Part shown: one piece after another, positions 1 to 7,181 of the stretch
Layout of the letters: every line of letters begins with the position of its first letter
How positions within the stretch are numbered: position 1 is the stretch's first letter
Source: Candidatus Hodarchaeota archaeon
GTDB taxonomy: Archaea > Asgardarchaeota > Heimdallarchaeia > Hodarchaeales > Hodarchaeaceae
DNA: 17,179 bases
Direction of reading: 5' to 3'
Assembly: GCA_016839815.1 (NCBI GenBank)
Contig: JAEOTM010000111.1
Span: forward strand, 1 to 17,179
The notes under the pieces: generated by a model
What the model was told of the DNA's origin: nothing
Database searches by the model: none
Seen by the model: the letters and a program-made list of their open reading frames with translations, nothing else
Made by a program: the position numbers and the translations under genes

Positions 1-389
1 AATAGAAAAGCTTTGCCTTTCTTCCATTTTATATCAGAAGAGATCAGAAAAGTTTTATATTTCTTTTTAATTTCACGGATTAGCTCCATGACTTCCATTT
101 TATGTAATTCAGTAAGGGAATAAGCATAATTTCGTTCTGCCTCAAATTGATGGTAAATATTCTTACATTCAGAGGCACATTGTTTGTATACTTTGGAGAG
201 TTGTAAAGCATCATTCAAATGATTTAATTCATTATAAGATGTGATTTTAAAATTAAAATAGTTTAATTTTGCTTCAATAGGTAATTTCTCTGGCTCTATT
301 TCCTTTAAAAGACTTAAAGCGGATTTATATTCACCTAGGTTTATTCTGTTTGAGATTTGTTTAAATCGCTCTTCCTCGTCCATTTTCAT
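1..389 (-). CDS. N-terminal part of an alpha-helical, probably TPR-like protein (runs off the left edge)
   Basis: Not in the ORF track. Read by hand: ATG at 389, open to the window edge, MKMDEEERFKQISNRINLGEYKSALSLLKEIEPEKLPIEAKLNYFNFKITSYNELNHLNDALQLSK... The GEYKSALSLL / LNDALQL pattern is TPR-like. Purine-rich GGGAAG lies just upstream. Confidence 0.65.
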   Translation of the reverse strand, partial: MKMDEEERFKQISNRINLGEYKSALSLLKEIEPEKLPIEAKLNYFNFKITSYNELNHLNDALQLSKVYKQCASECKNIYHQFEAERNYAYSLTELHKMEVMELIREIKKKYKTFLISSDIKWKKGKAFL

Positions 390-444
390 CTTCCCTGACT
401 AGAATAGTAAATAAATTCTTCGCTTGATCACACACTCTTTTTCC

Positions 445-582
445 CCCTCATCCCTCACCGTTTATTGTTGTTAAACAACGTGGAAAGGTTCATTCCTCTC
501 GTTTTCTAGAAGAAATAGCCTCAAGGAGTCGTAAAAAGTGTATAGAAGTAGCTTCTGGTCTTATGTCTGGGGGTTGCTTCTT
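445..582 (+). repeat. 23S-3'-end/trailer-derived intergenic repeat, copy 1
   Basis: GTGGAAAGGTTCATTCCTCTCGTTTTCTAGAAGAAATAGCCTCAAGGAGTC (480-530), then TTCTGGTCTTATGTCTGG (553-570). Preceded by the hairpin GTTGTTAAACAAC. Confidence 0.9.
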
Positions 583-591
583 ATTCTAAGA

Positions 592-1227
592 TTACACCCT
601 CTTCATTTTTCTCAAAACATAGAAAACTATACCCAGGGGTAGATTCCATCTTGGAACAACCTTCATGTAATTTCTATAATTTGAACCAAATTTGTCAATA
701 AGATCTTTTTCTTCTTCCATGGTTGATAGGTATAATAACACTAATGCTATGGCGCCTATCATTGTTATAATTAGATGTTGTCTTATTAATATAAATGAAA
801 CGATTATTGATGACCACCCCAGATATTGTGGGTGTCTGACTAAACTATATATTCCCGAATCAACAATTACCGTTGTAGATAGAAAATTCTCTCCTTTTTG
901 TACTTGTCCTTTTCTTGGAAAAAGTACATATGGTACTGGAACCAATAAAATCCCAATTATTAAGAAAATCAACCCTAGAACAAGTATCAGACCATCTTTC
1001 TCCTGATTAATGAATATTTCACCCAATAGTAGTTCCGCAATTAATAACATCCCCCATCCCCAACCCAGGGTAATTTGTTTTGGAGACTGGAAGTCTGCTC
1101 TCATTTTCCTCATCTGTTTTTTGTTTACTGAACGCTTCGTCATCCCGTATCGTAATAACGTGTATGACTTAAGTACTGGTCTTCTGTTTGATGGTTCTCT
1201 TCGTTCTTGACATTTCATTGAAGTCAT
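592..1227 (-). CDS. Isoprenylcysteine carboxylmethyltransferase (ICMT/Ste14)/PEMT-family integral membrane methyltransferase
   Basis: Family motifs GIYSLVRHPQYLG and EEEKDLIDKFGSNYRNYMKVVPRW, plus 4-5 hydrophobic segments. ATG at 1227 overlaps the upstream TGA (ATGA). The true start could be further downstream (MRKMRADF). Confidence 0.85.
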   Translation of the reverse strand: MTSMKCQERREPSNRRPVLKSYTLLRYGMTKRSVNKKQMRKMRADFQSPKQITLGWGWGMLLIAELLLGEIFINQEKDGLILVLGLIFLIIGILLVPVPYVLFPRKGQVQKGENFLSTTVIVDSGIYSLVRHPQYLGWSSIIVSFILIRQHLIITMIGAIALVLLYLSTMEEEKDLIDKFGSNYRNYMKVVPRWNLPLGIVFYVLRKMKRV

Positions 1228-2321
1228 TTTTCTAGGGCCCAAAAGTATCTCTGATGTGGGAGAGATGCTTTGACAAATTCCACCTGGGAAAAAGGACTAT
1301 CTTGGACTAATTCTCGAAAGCTTTTTTCATTATAGAATTTCGATCCAAAGCCAATTTCATACCATTTATGCAAGATTAAATCGAAATGGGGTAGTTTTTC
1401 TGCATCTAATCCGGGAATCATTGGTTCTCCCACAATTAACACTCCTTCCTTGGACAATAATTGATGCAAGTATTTAAAAGCTTGCTCTCTATATTTTCCT
1501 GACTGATTCATTTCGTGCAAGACATGATGGAGAAGGATTACTTCATATTTTCCTTTATTATGTTTCACATGGGATTCTAGGTCTGTGAATAGAATGGTTA
1601 TCCTCTTTTCTTCTTTCTCTTTGGATATTTTCTTCTTAATTTCCTCAACAGCTTCCAGATCGATGTCTATCCCTACTATTCTTGCCTTTGGATATGCCTT
1701 TGCCCAATTCTGTAAATTAAATCCGAATCCACATCCCACTTCTAGTAAATTTCCTCCTTCTTGGAGTATCTTTGATTGTATTGGATACTTTTCTGTAAAT
1801 AGCTGAATATGCTTTTTACCCAGGCGTGCGCTTAATTTATGTTCAGAGATGCGATTTTCTTTTGGAATACTTTGGTGGTTGTTGGTATCTCCTGTCTTAA
1901 AATTGGACATGATTTTCTCCTGAGAATGTGTCATAGTATAGAATAATCCTAGATACTCACCTGAGTACAACCTACTGGCAGTATCAATTAATAGCTCAAA
2001 TATATAGGGGGCGGTTTTCAATCCCTGTTTATGTTTTTTATCGTGAACGAAGATACCCGTAACTAGTGCTATCTGAAGCCATCCCTCCAGATAGTTAGTG
2101 TTTAACGATAATTCCCGTGACAATTCATCAGGTGTGAATGTTATTGCGGAAACTCTGTTTTCTGAGGTATTTTTCGCTTTAGTTAAAAGATAATCAAAAA
2201 TCCCTATCTTTCTCCCTAATCCAAACCACAGTACCACCTGAAATCCAAACATACTCTGAATCACATACTTTTGCAAAGCATCTTCAAGAGTTGGGTCCAC
2301 ATCGGTTTCATCCTGATTCAT
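1224..2321 (-). CDS. Class I SAM-dependent methyltransferase with N-terminal winged-helix/dimerisation domain (Rv2258c-like)
   Basis: Motif I LLEVGCGFG, acidic IVGIDID, YEVILLHHVLHE, LSKEGVLIVGE. N-terminal TPDELSRELSLNTNYLEGWL. GGAG Shine-Dalgarno-like sequence upstream. Confidence 0.9.
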   Translation of the reverse strand: MNQDETDVDPTLEDALQKYVIQSMFGFQVVLWFGLGRKIGIFDYLLTKAKNTSENRVSAITFTPDELSRELSLNTNYLEGWLQIALVTGIFVHDKKHKQGLKTAPYIFELLIDTASRLYSGEYLGLFYTMTHSQEKIMSNFKTGDTNNHQSIPKENRISEHKLSARLGKKHIQLFTEKYPIQSKILQEGGNLLEVGCGFGFNLQNWAKAYPKARIVGIDIDLEAVEEIKKKISKEKEEKRITILFTDLESHVKHNKGKYEVILLHHVLHEMNQSGKYREQAFKYLHQLLSKEGVLIVGEPMIPGLDAEKLPHFDLILHKWYEIGFGSKFYNEKSFRELVQDSPFSQVEFVKASLPHQRYFWALEK

Positions 2322-2548
2322 TTTTTACTCCTACGTAATTTTTTTCTTTATACAATCTCTGGTACTAAATACACCCTTAAATAACATTCCCCCTTCAACC
2401 TATTGCTATCTGTGTCCCTCTACATCTCCTTCTCTGAATCTTTTCAGAATTTCCACTATTTCTTTTGTTGTTAATGATCTATTCTGAAGACTTTCTGCTA
2501 ATTCAATTATTCTATTTTATAGATTAGTCATTAAAACAGCTTTAACGC

Positions 2549-2863
2549 CCTATTGGGTTCGCAAGATGAATAGGATATGAGTGCTTCTAGTCTACGGGTT
2601 ATCCGGAAGGGTACTGCCCGGCCGCCACGCGCTAACCGATAAGTGCTGAATGCATCTAAGCACGAAACGGACCTTGAAAAGATGAATCCATTTTACCATC
2701 AGCGCTAAGCCATGGGGATTGGCGACGATAACCATGAGATGGTAAACGAGTGCTGGGATCTTTCTTGAAAGAAATCCCGTTGATAGAGGAGTTTTCTGAT
2801 AAGAAATACGCGTGGAGGATCTTCGACATGCTTAGCTGGCTCCCACTAATCGCACAAGGGCTT
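2549..2863 (+). pseudogene. rrl: Isolated 3'-terminal fragment (~315 nt, domain VI, H95-H101) of an archaeal-type 23S rRNA
   Basis: GATAAGTGCTGAATGCATCTAAGCACGAAAC (2638-2668) is the conserved H97 region (recalled consensus GAUAAGuGCUGAAAGCAUCUAAGcaCGAAAC). CTTCTAGTCTACGGGTTATCCGGAAGGGTACTGCCCGGCCGCCACGCGCTAA resembles archaeal H96. GTTGATAG (2779-2786) and TAGCTGGCTCCCACTAATCGCACAAGGGCTT match the terminal helices in the expected order. The sequence upstream is AT-rich and non-rRNA, so this is not a full gene. Confidence 0.85.
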
Positions 2864-2981
2864 CAAATTGAAGATTAGTGTGGAAATTTTCAGTCCTCTC
2901 GTTTTCTAGAAGAAAAAGCCTTAAGGAGTCAAATAGAGTATATGTGTCAGTCTTCTGATTTATGTCTGATGGTCAATTCTT
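2864..2981 (+). repeat. Repeat copy 2 core (putative 23S 3' trailer), contiguous with the 23S fragment
   Basis: GTGTGGAAATTTTCAGTCCTCTCGTTTTCTAGAAGAAAAAGCCTTAAGGAGTCAAATAGAGT...TTCTGATTTATGTCTGATGGTCAATTCT directly follows the rRNA 3' end and the hairpin CTTCAAATTGAAG. Confidence 0.92.
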
Positions 2982-3148
2982 TTTTACTTCTTCTTTGTTT
3001 AATCTTTGAATATCGATTAGTTTTTCTCAAATAGATTCTCTACTATTTAACTTGAGGGTGTAGTACTGGAGTGACAAGAGTAATATATTAGGTAGAACTG
3101 GAGAAAGCGATAGACTATTAAGGAATAAAGATAATCGGATTTAGTCAC

Positions 3149-4387
3149 GTGAGTTTTCAGGTGAGGTTCTTGGTCGAATTCAAAAAAGCAATCTTCCAGA
3201 ATGGAATTAGCACTTTTCTCTTCATATGTACTATTATTCTCCCATTTCTAGATTTTTTTGGGCCTATCTTTACTAAATCGAAAGAAGGAGTTTATAGTGC
3301 TGAATTCATGTTTCGCTCTCTCTATGTTGGCTGGATGTCTGATGTCCATCATATGGCTGGTCATGATGAGGTTCCGTATGAATCCTTTATCCCAAGTTCC
3401 TATAAACTATTCCTTAATCTCAGTTACATATTTCTTATTCTCAGTTTGGTTTTCGCTAGTATTTTGTTCCTTTATTCAGTTATTGTGTTCCCACAGGAGC
3501 AAATCACTAACCGTTTTAAACAAGTCAGAAGGATGTTCTTCTTTGTTTGTATAATCATATTTCTCCTACCCACTGCGTTTCTATTTCTGGTTGCTTCTTC
3601 TCCAAGTACTTATTCCCAAGCAGATTGGAGTTCACCCACCTTACTTAATCCGTTGATTATTCTAGATTTATCAGTTGGAATTTTATGCTTACTTTTTGTC
3701 TTTTATAACATAACTAAGAAGGAAAAGCTCTTCAAACAACTAGAAGGCCCCCATTCGATATTTAAACGATTTTTACTTGCTCCCCAAAAAGTTCTTTCTG
3801 ATTCATTGGGAGTCAACCAAAGACCTAGGCAACCCACCAAGATGGAACGATTAGGTTTAAGTTTAAAAAATGGATTAGGAGTTCCTGTAAACACTGCTGC
3901 AGAGGTACTTCAGACTTCTAGCAACATTGACATTCCACGAAAAATTAAGCATCTATTTCAAAAATGGGAGGAGAATGATTCACTAATACTACGTGGTGGA
4001 GTATTTTTTATCGAAAAGACTCCTGCTCCGACAAGCTATTGTCAATTGTGCGGTGGTGGTTCAATAGAAAGCGAGATATATTTTCAATGTTGTACTTGTG
4101 AACAATACGTGTGTTCTCCTCATTTCACTCAACTTACCTCTGTTGGAAAACCGACTTGTTCAAATTGTGATGGTAAGCTGTATTATTTTCCTTTTACCTG
4201 TCAAGGTTGTCAATTGGATTTCAACTCAAGAAGCGAGATTAATGGAGAACCAGAATTTTGTCCTCTATGTGGTCACTCTTTACCTTCTCAAGAGCTGTTA
4301 ATAAACACACACTTCTCTCCCCCACCTAAAATACAAGAGAATCCTCACAATAATAGAGACAATGAGAAGAACAAGGACAAACTATAA
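3149..4387 (+). CDS. Membrane protein (about 4 TM) with C-terminal RING-like Zn finger plus zinc ribbon
   Basis: 412-aa ORF with GTG start. Four hydrophobic segments. C-terminal CQLC-x12-CCTC-x4-CSPH-x11-CSNC, followed by CQGC...CPLC. Confidence 0.8.
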   Translation: MSFQVRFLVEFKKAIFQNGISTFLFICTIILPFLDFFGPIFTKSKEGVYSAEFMFRSLYVGWMSDVHHMAGHDEVPYESFIPSSYKLFLNLSYIFLILSLVFASILFLYSVIVFPQEQITNRFKQVRRMFFFVCIIIFLLPTAFLFLVASSPSTYSQADWSSPTLLNPLIILDLSVGILCLLFVFYNITKKEKLFKQLEGPHSIFKRFLLAPQKVLSDSLGVNQRPRQPTKMERLGLSLKNGLGVPVNTAAEVLQTSSNIDIPRKIKHLFQKWEENDSLILRGGVFFIEKTPAPTSYCQLCGGGSIESEIYFQCCTCEQYVCSPHFTQLTSVGKPTCSNCDGKLYYFPFTCQGCQLDFNSRSEINGEPEFCPLCGHSLPSQELLINTHFSPPPKIQENPHNNRDNEKNKDKL

Positions 4388-4410
4388 GAATTTTGTGTCC
4401 CCCGATCATA

Positions 4411-4545
4411 TAACCGATGGTGGTAACTGTAACCATTTACTGGTTAGGAAACGCTGGGATCTTTCGTGAAAGAATTCCGTTGATAGAGCAGTTTTCGAAT
4501 AAGAAATACGCGTGGTTCTGGTCTTATGTCTGGTGGTCACTTCTT
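4411..4545 (+). repeat. Repeat copy 3: 23S fragment joined directly to the repeat 3' end (internal deletion)
   Basis: 4453-4515 aligns to 2752-2815 at 58/64 positions (counted by eye). It is followed immediately by TTCTGGTCTTATGTCTGGTGGTCACTTCTT (4516-4545). Confidence 0.9.
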
Positions 4546-4572
4546 CCTACATATCTTATTTGTGAACCTTTT

Positions 4573-5100
4573 CTATCTTGATTTCTTGGAAATCACTTTT
4601 CGGGCTAGATATTGAATTATCTCTTCGACTTCAGTCCCCCCGCGTTTCGGATAACATTCAAAGTAGGGTGCTTCAAGTTCGTGTGCTAATGTTTTTGCTT
4701 CTTCAGAGGACACTTCTTCTGCTTCTTCCCCCTCGGTTTGAAAACCAACGATCGCTATTGGCAGGGGTATAGGAATATAGTTTTCAAAATCCTGTTTCCA
4801 TGTCAGTATTTGGTGAAAAGAGTCTTGATTCCCTTTACTAAAGAAAATAATGATGGCTGAAGCTCCTCGGTAGTAGCTGGGTCGGAGGATTCCAGCAGTG
4901 TCAACTAAGATTATTTTCAGCTGAATATCATCAATCTGAATTTTCTTTGTAGTAATATCCACACCTAGTGTGGGGAGATAGTTGGTATCGTATTTATTTT
5001 CCACAAATCGACGAATGAATTTTACTTTCTGGTCATCCACACTCCCCAGACAACAAATCTTTAGCAAATATTCCTCCGAGTTTTCATTTTCGTTTGTCAC
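4573..5100 (-). CDS. Rab-like small GTPase family protein, degenerate (probable pseudo-GTPase)
   Basis: LLKICCLG, effector loop YLPTLGVDITTK, LVDTAG, RPSYYRGASA, VSSEEAKTLAHELEAPYFE. Lacks GKS/T, NKxD and SAK. GTG start with GGGAG upstream. Confidence 0.85.
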   Translation of the reverse strand: MTNENENSEEYLLKICCLGSVDDQKVKFIRRFVENKYDTNYLPTLGVDITTKKIQIDDIQLKIILVDTAGILRPSYYRGASAIIIFFSKGNQDSFHQILTWKQDFENYIPIPLPIAIVGFQTEGEEAEEVSSEEAKTLAHELEAPYFECYPKRGGTEVEEIIQYLARKVISKKSR

Positions 5101-5115
5101 TCTTTGTTCTCCCTT

Positions 5116-5625
5116 CTAATTCCCAATCCCTTGTTTCGCTAGGATCTGAAAGATGTGTTCGATTTGTGTCTTGTCAGCTATTTGTGTTTCAAAGTACTGA
5201 CCATTGAGTTCCTTAGCTAATTGTTCTCCTTCCTCTCTAGTCACTTCTTCGCTCTCAGTAATTATTCCTACTATCGCTGTGGGAACTTGAATTGTTATTT
5301 TTTGTTTGAATTCTCTATGGAAGTCTTTCACCATTTGATAGGCTTTTCGATCATCCTTTCCAAAGAGAAATATCCCTGCGGACGATCCTCGAAAAAAGCT
5401 GGGACGATTGGGACGGAAAAAGTCCTCTCCTGCTGTTATCGTAATAATAAGTTTCACCTGTAAAGAGTCGAGTGTAATTTTCTTGGTAGGGATATCCACA
5501 CCCAGTGTAGGTAAGTCATCTCTGTCAAAGACATTATCGGCCGTTATTCGTCCAAATTGCTTGTTTAATTCTGTATTTTTCCCACTAATACTAATTTTCA
5601 GCAGATAGCCGTTTTCATTTGACAT
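5116..5625 (-). CDS. Rab-like small GTPase family protein, degenerate (probable pseudo-GTPase), tandem paralog
   Basis: LPTLGVDIPTKKI, ITAGEDFFRPNRPSFFRGSSA, VTREEGEQLAKELNGQYFET. P-loop, the G3 Asp and G4 are absent. Confidence 0.82.
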   Translation of the reverse strand: MSNENGYLLKISISGKNTELNKQFGRITADNVFDRDDLPTLGVDIPTKKITLDSLQVKLIITITAGEDFFRPNRPSFFRGSSAGIFLFGKDDRKAYQMVKDFHREFKQKITIQVPTAIVGIITESEEVTREEGEQLAKELNGQYFETQIADKTQIEHIFQILAKQGIGN

Positions 5626-5933
5626 ATCTAGTACTCTTCCTTGGAGTCTGTATGTACTGTGTGAATACGAATTTAGGACTATCTAGAGAAACTCTACTTG
5701 TATCAAAAAAATTCATTCCGCGTTACACGGTTATTGTGTTTCATCTTGACTTTTCCGGTCATATTCACTTGTAGTATTTAAGAAAACTATCTTATTCCCT
5801 CCCTCATCCCATTAGTAATGTTTCCGATAAATTCCGACCTGTCTCAGCTGGGAGTATCCCGAAAATGATGAAAATGAACATTATTTTGTGAATAATTCCA
5901 GAATTTGGATTTTTTCCCACGTTACACGGTTTG

Positions 5934-6050
5934 AACTGGGGCTTTCACTCGTATGAGAGCCATCTGTGTGGAAATTTTCAGTCCTCTCGTTTTCTCACAG
6001 AAATAGCTTATAGGAGTCGTACAAGTATGTTTGTGAGATTTTTGGTCTTG
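5934..6050 (+). repeat. Repeat copy 4
   Basis: GTGTGGAAATTTTCAGTCCTCTCGTTTTCTCACAGAAATAGCTTATAGGAGTC...TTTTGGTCTT. Preceded by ACTGGGGCTTTCACTC, which resembles AGCTGGCTCTCACTC of the rRNA end. Confidence 0.88.
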
Positions 6051-6123
6051 AACAAGAGTTCATGGGTAAAAGAACTGCACTATAAACTTAATAAGGAAAT
6101 TCTCATTTATTAGGTTTAGAGAC

Positions 6124-6195
6124 TGAAATTCTCAGGTCTCGTGACAGTTAGCCTGAAGGAGTCTCAAAAGTAACCGTGGAGAGCGTTCTGAGTTT
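6124..6195 (+). repeat. Repeat copy 5 (highly degenerate)
   Basis: GAAATTCTCAGGTCTCGT...TAGCCTGAAGGAGTC...GCGTTCTG keeps the core motifs in order, with the central hairpin shortened. Confidence 0.55.
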
Positions 6196-6226
6196 GATAA
6201 GTCTTTTTTCTTCCTTTTTTTGATGG

Positions 6227-6907
6227 TTGCGAGTTATCGTGTTTCTTCTGAGTATATTTTTTCTTAATTGGTTAGTTAGTTCGTATTCTCTGCTTCTACC
6301 TCATTGGTTTGCTTTTGTTACGTGTTCTATTCTTGTGATTGAAGGGTTAATTGTCTTTTTCTTCTGGAGAGATTGGCGTTCCGTTCTTGTCTTCTCTGGG
6401 GTAGTAAATACGACTTCCTCTCTGTTAGCTCTTTTTACTCAATATGTTCTGTCGAGTAGTGGATCTTTTTTCCTTTATTTGATCAATTATGGTGAATTAA
6501 TAGCCATTGAGGGAAAATTGGATCTTTCACACTTTTTCTATGTTCTCTTTGAATTCTTCCTCTTCTTTCTCTTAACGGTTTTAATTGAGGGATTAGTTGC
6601 ACTAGCTCTGTCAGTTCCTCTTTCTGGACCACGTCGTATTCTTGTCCTTTTCTACGCCAATTTTGTATCCTATGTAACTCTCATCCTTTCCTTCTTTTCT
6701 TTTGGTATCTTGTATGGTATACAGAATCAAGGGTCATCTAAAACAGCGCAAGATTTTCTGGAGGGAATACTCTTTCAAACCAGTCCACCTGGAGTTCACC
6801 CCTCTCTTTTTCCACAATTCCTTGTTTTGTTTGGCCTTCTCTTTTTTCTTTTTATTCTGGGTTGGAAAAAGAAATTTCTTTCTCCTTCACATATTTCAGA
6901 AAAATAG
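6227..6907 (+). CDS. Hypothetical polytopic membrane protein
   Basis: 226-aa ORF with about 6 hydrophobic segments and an internally repeated motif (LVIEGLIV...VVNTTS / VLIEGLVA...YANFVS). TTG start uncertain. Confidence 0.7.
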   Translation: MRVIVFLLSIFFLNWLVSSYSLLLPHWFAFVTCSILVIEGLIVFFFWRDWRSVLVFSGVVNTTSSLLALFTQYVLSSSGSFFLYLINYGELIAIEGKLDLSHFFYVLFEFFLFFLLTVLIEGLVALALSVPLSGPRRILVLFYANFVSYVTLILSFFSFGILYGIQNQGSSKTAQDFLEGILFQTSPPGVHPSLFPQFLVLFGLLFFLFILGWKKKFLSPSHISEK

Positions 6908-7062
6908 ATCTCCGACGTCATTGGGAAGTCTTATAGCTGGCTCTCACTCCTCGCACACGGGCTATTGTTGCCAAACAATGTGGAAATTGTCAGTCCTCCC
7001 GCTTTCTTCAAGAAATAGCCTTAAGGAGTCTAATAGCGTGTGTTCGCGAGCATTCTGGTCTT
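6907..7062 (+). repeat. Repeat copy 6 (keeps ~55 nt of the 23S 3' end)
   Basis: GATCTCCGACGT (compare GATCTTCGACAT at 2818), TAGCTGGCTCTCACTCCTCGCACACGGGCT, hairpin ATTGTTGCCAAACAAT, core GTGGAAATTGTCAGTCCTCCCG...GCCTTAAGGAGTC...TTCTGGTCTT. Confidence 0.9.
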
Positions 7063-7181
7063 CTATCCTCAAAAATCTTTCTTTCTGCATTAAAAAATTG
7101 ATTTCCAGAGCTAATATTCAAATCCTGATTTTTTCTTTTATTTCAATTCTTTTGGTCGACAGTGTCGTTTTATAAGGACAT

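Noticed and set aside
2549-2863. Functional rRNA gene
   Set aside because: Only ~315 nt, flanked upstream by AT-rich non-rRNA sequence, with an altered sarcin-ricin loop.
2864-2981. Repeat core as 5S rRNA or tRNA following 23S
   Set aside because: No 5S signature (e.g. CCCATCCCGAAC) and no cloverleaf/TTCGA arm on either strand.
592-5625. Functional link between the ICMT-family methyltransferase and the Rab-like proteins (prenyl-CaaX processing)
   Set aside because: Neither GTPase-like protein has a C-terminal Cys motif (they end ISKKSR and KQGIGN); ICMT-family genes are widespread in prokaryotes; the genes lie in different blocks.
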